A stretch of 63,618 bases of DNA, counting the filler, from Licmophora abbreviata (lineage: Eukaryota): NCBI GenBank assembly GCA_900291995.1. It is 12 parts of 12 records of this genome, joined end to end, with 100 filler letters (N's around TTAATTAATTAA, not from the genome) between each part and the next. Parts side by side here need not be neighbours in the genome. Positions count along the whole stretch, not along the records: positions 18,607 to 28,979 come from OLMU01000285.1; positions 29,080 to 44,171 come from OLMU01000287.1; 10 more parts are not named here. The stretch is one strand, 5' to 3'. The notes beneath the pieces are model-generated. The model saw only the letters and a list, made by a program, of their open reading frames with translations, was not told the origin of the DNA and did no database searches. The number at the start of each line of letters is the position of its first letter. The stretch's first letter is position 1. This document shows positions 22,760 to 34,659 of this stretch, in pieces. The translations under genes were made by a program, and so were the position numbers.

Positions 22760-25230
22760 TCACTTGAGAAGGCCCGACATGTCGGATACAGTCTTAACCT
22801 TTCGCCTGCGATGGCGCCCTCCGCGATGGCTAGCATCGTCAAGTATGAGCTTCTGGTCCTTACTGTTCTCGACCTTTAACGCCGAATGGTCGAGCGACGA
22901 GTTTCGGAAAACTTGCCCCATCTGCGAAGATCCACCCTGCGCAGTCAGCAGAGTAGCACTAACGTCGCGTTTCGCCTCCTGCTCCTCGAATCGTTTGCTC
23001 GCCTCCAAGACAGCCAGCCGCAGCTCGCGATGGGCGCGGTAAATAGTTCGATGCACAACCAACGATGATTGCGACTCGTCCTTGATAATATCATGGACGC
23101 TCCTGCCACTCCTTCCGGGAGTTAGAAAGCTCACCGGACTCTTCCTACCTAGAGACACGTCGTCGACAGATCGCGATCGTAATCTCCTGAACTTTGCTCT
23201 CTTGGCGTCTGCATCTTCATATCCAACAATTTTGTCATCGAGAACTTGTCCCTCCACAATGGGCTGGAAGCCATTCTTCGATTCGGCGATGTCGCCCTTC
23301 GCGATCTCCTCTCCTTGGCCTTTCATGAGGAGAACGAAGTCGTCATATGTAATCACCCGACGACCTAGACTACCATCACTTGATGCCTTTGTCGCATCAT
23401 TCCAAATGGTTTGTAGGGAATCCACATGGCTGGTGTCACCAGACCCCATTAAGTCCAGCATATCCTTGAAGGTGATGAACCCTTTTCCATCCGTATCAAG
23501 GCGATCGAAAGCAAGTCGCAAGTTTCGGTCATCCACATGGCATTGCGAGAGGCCACCCGCGATGAACTCATGCCAGCGTATAGTTGTTTCAGACTCTCGC
23601 ACACGCAATGCTTGAAATATATCTTCCACCTCCCGTTCCGTGAGAGCTCCTAGTGAACCCGACTCAGCATTTTCCATGAGTACATGCTTGAGATCTTCCA
23701 AAGAAATCTCACCGTCACCGTTGTCGATCTTTTCAAATTCCTTCCTCAGCCCACTAATTTGTTCTGGGAGCAACGTGTAACTCAAAACCTCTGAGAGTAG
23801 CTTCTGCATGTCTGTCAACTCTTTGAAAGCGACGATCGCTTTGACGACTTTGGGATTAAGTCTAGATCCCTCGCTAGAAGCTTTCTTCGACCATGTCCTG
23901 ATCCATCCATGTCGCTGCGACTCCTTAGCTGAAGGACGTTTCTTAGGGTCAACCGACAGGAGAGTCTTGACGAAGTGTTTTCCTAGGTCGCTCACCTGGT
24001 CCCATGCTTCCTTGGGCTCGAACTCAAACTGACCGCGAAGAATGTTGTCACGTACTTCGCCGAGATCCTCGCCACACGCCCCTCCGAAAGGTGTTTCGCC
24101 ACACAACAACAGATAGCCAATGACGCCAATCGCCCACACATCGCATTTCTCGTCATAATTCCCTAGAATTGTTTCCGGGGCGACCGAATACGGCGTGCCG
24201 ACCGCTTCATGCAGAACATCTCCAAAGTGAAAATGCTTACTCAAACCGAAGTCGATCATCTTCAGCTCCGAATCAGCTTCTTCTGTCTGGAATAGAAAAT
24301 TTTCTAGCTTCAGATCACGGTGAACGATGTTTTTGGAGTGGAGGTATCGCACAGAAGACAACATCTGTTTCACTAGGCGGGCGCACTGTGCCTCAGTGTA
24401 GTGAAAGTCCGGCTGCATATCCAGGCGATCAAACAGGTCCCCACCGGAGCACAGCTGTTGAATCAGATAGATTTCAGTCTCACTCTCATACGCTTCCTCG
24501 AGGCGCACCACATTTGGGTGGTCCACTTGACACATGATGTAAATCTCCTCTCGCAGATCATTCAAACCCTCGTCGTTCTTGATTAGTCCAAGGTCAAGAC
24601 ACTTGACTGCGTATGTGACGCCAGTTGACCTGTGTGTTACCTCACGCACAACACCGGATACCCCTGAGCCTAGAACTCGACCATCGTGAACGCCATCGTA
24701 GATTTCTTCGATTGGCTTTCCAAATTGCGACTGAAAGTGTCGCACGCAGGAAACAGTGAGTGAGAAAGTTGACCCTTCTAAGGAAGAAAAAATAGCGTAC
24801 GAGATCCAAGGCGCACCTCCATTCGAACCACATTGGCTCCGAGATCACCATCTGCCATTAAATTGGACTTAATGTCTTCTAAGCCAAGGCGAGTCGACGT
24901 GTCCACACGTTCGCGAGGTCTGTGGGTGGAGTTGCCTTCGAGAGAGTCCGAAGAAGCCCCCGATGCGTATCCGTGTTTCGAGTGCTTTATTTCAGCAGCG
25001 TTTCGCTTTGTTGCGCTGTTTTCGCTGTCAGTTTCAATCGCAACTGTTAAATTCCGTGCGGCTGCAGTCATTGGAGAGAAACGCGAGCGGACAAGAACAG
25101 GGTAAGTGAACCGTCTCGGAACATAAACTGAATTCATTACAATTCCAAAACAAACGGTGGTCGCACCTTTGGTCTGTTTCCGGGTGGTCGTGGATTCCAC
25201 GACCGCTGGCGCACTGGAACACGCCCCCAT
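22760..25230 (-). CDS. Calcium-dependent protein kinase-like (copy 2), introns 25062-25166 and 24731-24816
   Basis: MGAC N-terminus, LGSGVSG, HRDLKLENF, IDFGLSK, GTPYSVAPE, and EF-hand-like DNGDGEISLEDL and DTDGKGFITFKD. Confidence 0.92.
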
Positions 25231-25833
25231 CTTTTGTTCCAGCTGTTTACGTTTCGGCAAAGCTCAACCAAGAACGGCGTGCCGATTCATTCCCATGGAA
25301 GATCGCGACAGCGACGCGTTCAACGTTGGATCGTCGCGGTGCAAGTTCCCAAAAGAATTCCGCGGATGGCGATCTCCTCTGAATTTTGGAGGGAGGCAGA
25401 TCGCACAGTGAATGTCTCATGCGACATCGTTAGTTAAATGGTTAGGATGCCTTGGCGAGAATGGCTGCATTGAAAATCGATACTCACAAATTCGTGACGT
25501 GGAAGTATAGTGAGCCGCGCTTCGAACTCGAAAAGGACCGCGGTTGGTGCTTCCTGGCGTTATCTCTAATATAAGAAGGTCTACGAACATCTCAGTTGCT
25601 ACAGTAGCTAGCGTGTAGCTAAGTCCCGGAGAGCGAAGAGGCTCAGTACTTCAACAGAGCAGGTCTATCGACTGATTTATGGTTGGTAGACGCACTTTAC
25701 GCAGTGCTACACTAAAGTTGAGAATCGATGTTAGTATAGAGAAGCTCGTGCGCCTCCCTAGAAGACTTGTGGTCGACCGTAAGCATCTTTCTTGTTCAAC
25801 GGGAGATTTAAGATCCAAATAATTCTTCTAGTT

Positions 25834-26499
25834 TCAGTCGGACGATCCTTCGGCCTCCTTTTCCGGAGGCCCAGCTTCTTCCACAGATTCGGCATCGATC
25901 GTAGCCTTCGAAGGGTCTGCTATTGCGCTAAACGTCGCCGTGAAGTCGACAGGCGCTCCCAAAACGTACGACTGAGAGATTTCTTTTACCTCTTCGTTGA
26001 TGGTGACTTCTCCATCTGATCCGGGGAGCGCTTTCAAACCATAGGCCTCGACACCGCTCTGAACCGTTCTAATCAACGCCTCTTGTACGGCAAATCCGGT
26101 TATCTGCGGCTGGGCATACGGCGGAATCTGACCCTTTCTAAATCCAGGAAAGTTAGCGTTCTTCGCTGACTCCTTGAGAATGGTCGTCCGAATCTCCGCA
26201 ACAAGTTCACCTGTTGCAATGGCGTTCAACCAGTACTTGTTAACGACGCCTTCGTCACTTTTGATGTCAGGGTTTTCGCCCATATTCTTCATGCGACTGC
26301 CGCCCATTCTAACGAGCGCTGTCATTTCTTCGCCTCCCTCAGGTTCTGGAGCCAGTGCATAGCTCATGGAAAGTGTACCATAGTGTGCTCGGCTGTGATG
26401 CGTTCGGAATGGGCTAGGCGCCAGGAACGCCCCTGTGCAAGTGATCTGCAACGAAGCTCCGACGGCAGCGAATGTAGCTAGAGCGATCAATCCCTTCAT
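25834..26499 (-). CDS. Plastid-targeted protein with trigger-factor ribosome-binding (N) domain only
   Basis: Signal peptide MKGLIALATFAAVGA... followed by GAFLAPS (ASAFAP-like motif), and the trigger-factor signature loop FPGFRKGQIP. Confidence 0.72.
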   Translation of the reverse strand: MKGLIALATFAAVGASLQITCTGAFLAPSPFRTHHSRAHYGTLSMSYALAPEPEGGEEMTALVRMGGSRMKNMGENPDIKSDEGVVNKYWLNAIATGELVAEIRTTILKESAKNANFPGFRKGQIPPYAQPQITGFAVQEALIRTVQSGVEAYGLKALPGSDGEVTINEEVKEISQSYVLGAPVDFTATFSAIADPSKATIDAESVEEAGPPEKEAEGSSD

Positions 26500-26807
26500 G
26501 TTTTTGAACAGGTCAAGTACTGCAAAGAGCAAAGTAAGAAGCGGCAGCTAGCCGACTTATCAAAGGATGCTGATGCAGAGGTGCCACGCCCGTGATGTGT
26601 GATGCCCGACGCGACGGAGCCATCATCAGTAGGAACCTACGACGATGAGCGGGAAGTACGTCAGTACGGACGGTGCACGGACAAGGATGGGCGCACGGCA
26701 AGACAGTGTGTGCAACACAATTCTTCGCAACTTCGCCAGCAGTCTCTAGTCTACTACTCTGGTTGGAAACTGGGTCTACGCCGGTTTGCGGTTATCATTT
26801 CATCAGC

Positions 26808-28082
26808 TCAAAGAAGGTCACCAACGTTTTGTGGCATCTCATCGATCTGCGTTGAATAGAATGTTTCAATATCTCTCAGAGTCTGCACGTCTTCGTTCGT
26901 TACAAAATTGATCGCAATGCCTTTCCTTCCAAAGCGCCCTGATCTTCCAATGCGGTGAATGTACAGCTCGCGGTTGGCTGGAAGGTCGTAGCAAATCACC
27001 AGACTCACTTGCTGGACGTCGATTCCGCGGCCCCACAGGTCGGTGGCAATCAACACACGCGACGATCCTGAACGAAACTGTTCCATTACCGAGTCTCTCG
27101 TCGGCTGATCCATGTCTCCGTGCATTGCCGATACCGTGAAATTAGCATCTCTCATCTTGTCAGCCAGCCAGTCTACCTTTTGCTTCGTGTTGCAGAAAAT
27201 GACAGCCTGCGTGATGGTCAGCGTATCATACAGATCGCAGAGGGTGTCGAACTTCCATTCCTCCTTTTCGACGGAAATGAAGAACTGCCGGATACCTTCC
27301 AATGTCAGCTCATCTCGCTTGACAAGAATCTTGATGGGATCGTTCATGAATTTTCTGGTCATGTCCAATACAGACGCAGGCAGCGTGGCACTCATGAGCA
27401 CGACCTGAGTGGACGGCGGTAAGAACCGATAAATATCGTAAATTTGCTCCTTGAAACCTCGATTCAGCATTTCGTCAGCTTCGTCCAGAATCATAGCTTT
27501 CAAGTGAGCCGTCGACAAGGCGTTCCGTCGAATGAGATCATAGACGCGTCCCGGTGTACCGCTCACTACTTGGATACCACCGCGTTCCATCTCTTTCAGG
27601 TCGATGCCGAGGGACTTTCCTCCGATACAAGAATGACACCGCACATTCATAAAGTCTCCCAGCGCTTGCACAACTCTCTGAGTCTGTTCTGCAAGCTCCC
27701 TAGTCGGACTGAGTAATACCACCTGAATGTCTCTAGACGTCTCATCCATGAGCTGCAACGCAGCAATGCTAAATACAGCGGTCTTGCCGGTCCCCGACTG
27801 ACTTTGTGCAATGACATCCCGTCCTCTCACAATCGGTCGAATGGCACGTTGTTGAATCGCAGAAGGCTTTTCAAAGCCATACGCATAAATTCCCTTGAGC
27901 AAGTCGGGTTTGAGGTTCATCGAGTCGAATGTAGGACAGGGAGCCACGTCGTCAACCTCTGATGTGATTCGTTTCCTGCCGGCATCGTTGTTGCTGCGTC
28001 CTTTTTTCCGAGGACGATCGTCGTAAGGCCTGTCGTGCTTGTGGCTTCCACGACGGTGAGAGTCTGTCTTGGACTTGGGCAT
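26808..28082 (-). CDS. EIF4A3: DEAD-box helicase eIF4A-III (exon junction complex; Fal1)
   Basis: [69 protein letters not shown]. Intronless. Confidence 0.95.
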   Translation of the reverse strand: MPKSKTDSHRRGSHKHDRPYDDRPRKKGRSNNDAGRKRITSEVDDVAPCPTFDSMNLKPDLLKGIYAYGFEKPSAIQQRAIRPIVRGRDVIAQSQSGTGKTAVFSIAALQLMDETSRDIQVVLLSPTRELAEQTQRVVQALGDFMNVRCHSCIGGKSLGIDLKEMERGGIQVVSGTPGRVYDLIRRNALSTAHLKAMILDEADEMLNRGFKEQIYDIYRFLPPSTQVVLMSATLPASVLDMTRKFMNDPIKILVKRDELTLEGIRQFFISVEKEEWKFDTLCDLYDTLTITQAVIFCNTKQKVDWLADKMRDANFTVSAMHGDMDQPTRDSVMEQFRSGSSRVLIATDLWGRGIDVQQVSLVICYDLPANRELYIHRIGRSGRFGRKGIAINFVTNEDVQTLRDIETFYSTQIDEMPQNVGDLL

Positions 28083-28300
28083 GGTGAATCAATAAAGCTC
28101 ATACAACGAACTGGGGAGTTTGAGTTTGAAGTTTTGTCGTCGTTGTTCGGAATTTCGAGCCTTTTTTGGTGGCTGTGAATAAGCGTTGATTCTGCAGTGC
28201 ACCGAATTTACGATTCCCTATATTTGAGATTCCCTTGAAAAAAGGACAATGAACAATGAACACCCTTAACGCAATCTAGTACGAGTACAGCTGTCTTATC

Positions 28301-28761
28301 AGGGCAGATATCGGAAATGGCTTGATAGATCCTTTCCATCAGTACGCTGCGGCGGAAGTAGCTTATCGATTGGGGTTCAGTTGCATATCCGAAAAGGCGC
28401 ATTTGGATGCGAAAAAAGGAGAGACTGAAAAGAAATGGGAAGCCGGCGATCTTACTCCGAAAGTGTGCTTCTCGCTGCTGGACGACATTGTCAAACAATC
28501 ACACGGATTGGGCTCCTCGACGTATGACACGACGAAATGGGAGCGAAAGGGACAAAAGCGTGTCTTCCAGAAGGCCACAAGATCATCGAGAGCTACCTTG
28601 GTGGTGCTGCCCCGCCGAGCGATGGAAAATGGAACGTTCGGTATGAGGACGTTCTTGAATCTCTTCATGCTACAGATAACATTGAAGCGACGCAGATGTA
28701 CAAGGGGTGCTCCGATCCACCGTACTATGCCCTTGCTCACCAAGATAGAAAGAGGGTCTGA
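28301..28761 (+). pseudogene. Internal fragment of an S10 serine carboxypeptidase (Kex1-like), frameshifted
   Basis: IGNGLIDPFHQYAAAEVAY ... CFSLLDDIV ... YDTTKWE, then after a frameshift near 28568 PEGHKIIESYLGG ... CSDPPYYALAHQD and a stop. There is no room for the N-terminal half before the eIF4A-III start. Confidence 0.6.
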
Positions 28762-29079
28762 TTGCTTTTCTACAACAGGATGAAAGCTTTCATCTGCAAC
28801 CATTTGGGCAACGAGATCGCACTCATGGCTGAGTACTTCAAATCGAGTAAGAGGACGCTTGAAGAATTGCAAAGCCAGACGCACTCCCTCTATATGCTTC
28901 CTATTTCCGACGAAGGGCTACGCTGCGCGGCCAAAGCTTGCGTTGGAAACTCGGTGTTCGTAATGAAGCTAACGCAGCTNNNNNNNNNNNNNNNNNNNNN
29001 NNNNNNNNNNNNNNNNNNNNNNNTTAATTAATTAANNNNNNNNNNNNNNNNNNNNNNNNNNNNNNNNNNNNNNNNNNNN

Positions 29080-29809
29080 AGCTTCGACCTTGAAACACTT
29101 TGATTGGCGAGAGGGGGAGAAATCGGTGTCGGTGGCGTTGCATGTTGTCGACGACGACGCAGGAGCTTTGCAAAGCGGACACTGTTGTTGGCCCGCTGCA
29201 CCGTCCTTGTCGACTTATCTTGCACGACATCTTTCGGAGATATCGCCCCGATCAGTTGTAGAACTCGGGGCTGGCTGTGGGTTGGCATCGCTGGCTGCGA
29301 TCCAAATATTTTCCGAGAGTCTGAGGTGCGCGCTTGTGACGGATCATGATCCGGGCACTTTGCGGCGCGCACGACGCAGCCACGAGACTACGTTGGATGA
29401 GCTGCAAGTTGGTCCGATTAAGCAGAGAGTATCTTCCGTTGCAATTCACTTTGATTTGCTGTCATGGGGCGATGAAACTACGACACGCTCTTTGGTGAAA
29501 CAAACATTGGCATCGTCGTCAACTGGTGAACGCTTTGGTCTTGTGCTCGGATCTGACGTGATTTACTGTGTGGAGGTGGTCGACCCCCTTTTGACGACTG
29601 CTGCTGTTCTCTTAAGCGAAGAGGAATACGATTCAAGGATAATCTTCTCGCAGAGCTTCCCATACGACGTCGAGACGGAAGTGCGAATAGATGAAGCATG
29701 TACTAAATTGGGCCTTGTGCGCTCGCTGCTGGAAGATTCACTTGAACAGCCGGGCGGGACGCGAATTCAACAGTTCACCTCCCGTTATAATCATGATGAA
29801 TTAATATGA
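29080..29809 (+). CDS. Family-16 (METTL21/EFM-like) SAM-dependent protein methyltransferase, 5' end lost in gap
   Basis: SGHCCWPAAPSL, motif I VVELGAGCGL, VTD, LSWG and LGSDVIY. Confidence 0.85.
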
Positions 29810-32800
29810 ACTCGAGGACCACTTATCGCGGAGCCACGCGGGCGAAACGAATAGAATCTCTGGGATTTCGCCGTCGTTCTCGTGCAAAAGTAGGAGTCGT
29901 TCGTGGAGGCGACGCGCGTTGGAGGCGTTTGTGAAAGCATTCGAGTCAAAGTTGTGCGGGTCCCATCCAGTACACATGCATCGCTTCAATTCACACACGA
30001 CGTGCGTTACACCCTGGTGTAAATGAGGAGTCACCTGCGCGCCCATCTGCGAAGCCAACGGAAGGACCGACATGATGCGGCTAAGCTTGGCGACATCACG
30101 TATTTCGTCCCACCGGGTGGTGCGAGTTTGTCTCAAAGCATCACTGACAGCCACATCCTTGTTATGCAAGCCCAGACCCTCATCCGTAAAGATGTCCGGG
30201 AAGAAGACGGAAGGGGCAGAGTTGCGCCCCGGATTGAAGCCGAGAACCTGCCGCGATCCGACCACAATAGCGCGTTCGCTAGGATCGAGCGCGCTCATTC
30301 CGGTGTGCTGCCACGGTATGACCTTGGAGTCCGTTGCGAGAAAGGACTGGGTTCCGCTCGTCCGCTTTCTCTTGGCAGTCTTCCTTTGTCTCTGCTTATC
30401 GAAGCGCACTTCTTCGAGCGCTCTCTTGAGATCGGTGAGAGTGCAATCTTTCCGAGGGTCGATGCCAAAGATATCAACGTCGTCAAATGCTGCGAACGAT
30501 GGATTGATCAGGAGGTAGTCGTGGCGCCTTGGTTGTCGGAGCGGCATCTTGTCGTCCTTAGAGCCTCTGAGATGGCGTGATGGGGGTTCCTCGCCCGCTT
30601 CAATTTTGACTAGCTGTGCCTCACGGATCCATCTGCGGACACTGGAAAAGAGGTACGTCCACTTGAGGACGCCAGGGACCTTCTGAATTGCATGGAGATG
30701 ATTCTTTTCCGCAGCCGTTCGTGATGACATGTCACCAGCGGCCTGACGCATAGCTGTTCCATATATTCCCACTCTGGCGTCGGCCCGTTGGCCACCAACA
30801 ATCAATGCCTGAGGGTCTGAGAAACCAGCGAAGCATTGTCCTCCGTGCTTCTTGACAAACCTGACAATATCGTCCTGCGAAACCACGGACGCTGCCTCTT
30901 CGAACCATCCCTCGTCTCGTGCCTCCTGTGCATCCAAGCCCGGCGTGTCAAGCGTGTACGTGCCTTCGAGTACTACAACGGTCAAGCCGAGCAGCGCCGA
31001 GCTTTCCTGTTTGTCGACGGTCGGGGCGCGAGACGCTTGCGAGGGCGCTTTTGTGCTGCTGCGCCGAGATGTTTTCAACTGCCGTGCGCGCTCCTCTGCA
31101 GTCAAAAAGCGACGCTGATCCTCCGCCAAACGCAAACCAGCTTCAAAGTCCATCGTTGATCTCTCGCGTCGGGCCGATTGCTCGGAGAATTCGTCATGAA
31201 ACCATTCAACGGGTTCGACCTCAAGGACAGGTTTGGGATCTCCATCTGCACCCTCAATCCGGACCTTGTCGATGCGCGGAAAACGCAACGTAAGCCCAGC
31301 CGAAAACGAATCACTGGCGGTAAGCTCCCCAGCTCGAAGAGCCAATACAAAAGAGTCGTCCGGGTTGATCCATACATCTGGATACGTCTTGTTACGTTCG
31401 AATATCCATCCTTTGTCTCGACGAGTCTGAAACGTCCTAGGCGAAATGAAGTCCGGTAGTGTCTTTCCATGCTCGATCTCTTTGAACCATTTGCCTAACT
31501 CCAACTCTTGGCCCTCTCGCGCTGGTCTGAATCCCGTGTAGTCAAGTACCGCATCCAACATGTGTCGTTTCATTCCTCCCCCCGAAACTCTGCAAAGCGT
31601 CATGAAAAGCCCTGGATTCTCCTTGTCAACACAGCCAACAAGAAAACCATTCAGGATGCCTGATTTCGCCAAGCCAGTTGCGTAGAAGGCGCCTAGAACA
31701 ATAGTATCAATATCAGACACAGCGAAATTGTCTTCGTAATCAGGCTTGTGCTTGAACCAGTAGGGATGCGAGCGAGAGCTCTCGCCAAGGATGTACGGAG
31801 CAGCGAGATCCTTGAAAATGACCCCTTCGAGTCTCTGCCGCTCCACAATATCGACGTAGAACCGCTCCATCGCAACAGCACGTACCCGTCCAATCTCTGT
31901 ATCAGTCTTTCCGCCTCGAGACTTGATGTCTTCGGTCGCGAGACCAGAGATTGTGCCACGGAGGGCATTCTCGACCGAGTCAAGGACGTAAAATGGATGA
32001 CCTGAGCAACTCACAGATGACATGAAGTAGTCTTCACCTTTTATTGAGTCGCCGTTCGGTCGGACAACAAGAGATGGGACGAAATCGACAATATTCTCCT
32101 GAGGCGAAAGCAAGCGGTGCAGGATACGCTTCCGCAGTAGACCATCAAGATTCAACACTGATCCCGTGCCGATTTCGAGCGACTTCGTCTGCGGAGAAAG
32201 GGCGCTGGCTACCAGACTTGCCGCTCCGGGTCCACCAACGTAAAGCACGTCAAATACTAGATATTTCAGCCAGCAGTCTGATCCTTCTTCATCGTCTCCT
32301 AAGGTTGATGATGACTGGACGCCACTCGTCGCAGTCAAAGCGTTGACGTCGTCGTCCCCGTCGTGTAGATTCTGATCTCGTTCTTCGATCAGTCCGTGCC
32401 TTGCCATCCACTTACGACGCAAGTTGGCTACGCCTCTGTTCGCGCCAAATGGAATCAGTTCCTTGCTCGCGTTATCCCATGCAAGCACTTCTCCGTCGAG
32501 GATAACATCGACATCATGTGCAGCTATCGCTCGGCGGAGGGCTGGTCCAAGGACGGGCGAGTATGACTTGCTATGGATGTAATAGCCGATATCGTCAGCA
32601 CGCGTTGAGAAAGACTAAAAATGCGACAAACAAAACTTTTACTCACCTATACCATTTGCGGTTTCGTGTCTGGTAGAAGAGAGATTATATTGATCAGTCT
32701 AGTCGAACAAATTACAAGTACAACGGCTGGCAGGAACTTAGAAGGCCTTACCTGTAGAGTGACGACGCCTCGATTGATATGCGCCAGCATTCGTTCACCA

Positions 32801-34199
32801 TCCATTTTGACTTCGCAGATGAAAGGTGGAAACTTCAGGGCTAGACTCGACGCCCCTGTGTCGTCTAGGGACATAGAAGCTGCGCATTCTCGATGACGTG
32901 CGGATAGCTCCGACGCTATTCCAGCAAAGGACGTTCGTCGGGCCAGCATCGGAGACAAGGTGTTGCCAATTTCGGCGATGGCGGTCGATCTTGGCATGTA
33001 ATTCCTAGACAAGCGATGAGCACGAAACGAGCGATTGTTAGAGATTCAGACGGAAAGGTAGAGCGAGGCTCGATGCGACTTACATTCTGTTGTTCAGGCG
33101 TTCTTTTTTCTCGTGCTCTTCCCGGACCTTGCGTTGCAGCAGCCAACGCTCATCGCATAACTTTGCACAAAGAGATTTGAGGCTGTTATTCGCGCTGTAG
33201 AGTTCTTCCGCGTATGGACTCAAATGTTTCAAGAAAACCTTGTAGCCGATGCCGATCTCCAACTTCTGCAGAAGCAGTCGTACAACCCACCGATGCTCTC
33301 CTGGTGAAAGCCGGTACTCGAAAATGAGCTTCTTTACCCACTCCACACGCTGCTTGAAAACTACAGGCCCCTTCCTTTTCTTTTGTGCTTGACCGCTTGA
33401 TTGCCAATCATGTGTGCGACTTTGAGAAGTCTTGATTCTGGCAAGTTCGTCCAACAACTTGTTCATTTGGCCGACAGTGGTTCTCGACCTCTTGAAGTTT
33501 TCTCGTTCCTGCAAGACCTCCACGACCGCCAGAGAGAGGTCACCCGTTTTGCGGCCACCCGCAAAATCAGGGTCGGTAAAGTTGAGGAGACGTTGACGCG
33601 CGTGACTCTCCTTGCCGAGATCTGTTTTGATAGTAGCAATTGTGGTGCATGAGCTCTTGGTCGTTTTCAAACCTCTATTCTGTGATGACCTGTTTGTCTG
33701 CAGACGTACCTAAAGCTTCCGCGTAAGCCTTCGCGATAGTAGCCTCCTTCATTCCCGTATGAGGTCGCGAGGTGTCAATTTCGGGCATGTATAGGCGTAG
33801 CAGGGGAAACAGTGACCCCTTTTCCGCATCTATAACTCTCTTCAAAAGTTTGGGGCTGAGAATGTATTCGAGCATCTGGTCCCGACTGGCTTTGCATATC
33901 GCCTTGTCCCCTATAGCACGACCTTTCTGACTTACTAGTGTGTCACATCGATCACAGAAGAGTACAAATGGGTATTTGTTCGCTTCGGTGTAATCTGGTT
34001 CGAAGGCGTCTTCTTGATGTGCCGCTTCTTCGGAACTCGAGGGATAACCTGCAGCATCAGGAAATGTCGAGGCCGCTGCTAAATCGTTTGCCGTTCCAAT
34101 ATTGTTGGTGGGCCCAGTGACACCATCTGAAGGGTCGCCGCTCACATGGAGCACAGAGTTGCCTTGACTATGTTCCGGCGGAGATTCATCTCTATCCAT
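29801..34199 (-). CDS. LIG4: DNA ligase IV, 5 exons (introns 33622-33709, 33005-33083, 32670-32751, 32571-32646)
   Basis: GDLS in the DNA-binding domain, adenylation motif EVKMDGER, ILDGEV, YLVFDVL, EGVIFK, WFKHKPDY, TLRFPR, and two BRCT-like regions (KHGG; MGAQV..VTHVV..VSPAWL). Confidence 0.93.
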
Positions 34200-34390
34200 T
34201 TGATCGCGTCGAAATGTATAATTCCGAATTTTTCAGTTTCGTCGGCTTATAGACACAGATCTCAACTCAGCTCCTCATTGCTGTTTGCCATGGCCAATGT
34301 GTATGCGATTGAGGGATAAAAGCAATAATCTGCGGGTATTATTGATAGATAGACGATGGTTCATGTGGACCATCATTGTGAAGTGAGAAA

Positions 34391-34460
34391 AGTGAGTGAG
34401 AAGAGTCGGAGTCGAGTGAGTCGATTCGGTTCCAGGAGCGTGATTGAGTCGAGTGAGTCG
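34391..34460. promoter_or_regulatory. Cluster of GAGTGAGTCG/GAGTC motifs in the LIG4/STAND-ATPase divergent promoter
   Basis: GTCGAGTGAGTCG at 34411-34423 and 34448-34460; the same 13-mer occurs at 1718-1730. Confidence 0.4.
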
Positions 34461-34659
34461 TTGGGGACGCGATGTTGATGTCAGATGAGATCACGTCCGG
34501 GTCATGTCAGATGCATTCGTACACTGCGAGCGCGCCCTTTTCCATCAACTGCATTCCAAATCTTGTGACAAAGAAGAGCCGCCGGCGATACCTTTTATGG
34601 ATGTTTCACAGTCCTCTGATTAACCTTGATTCGCAATTAGCAACCCTGAGTCGGTGCAG

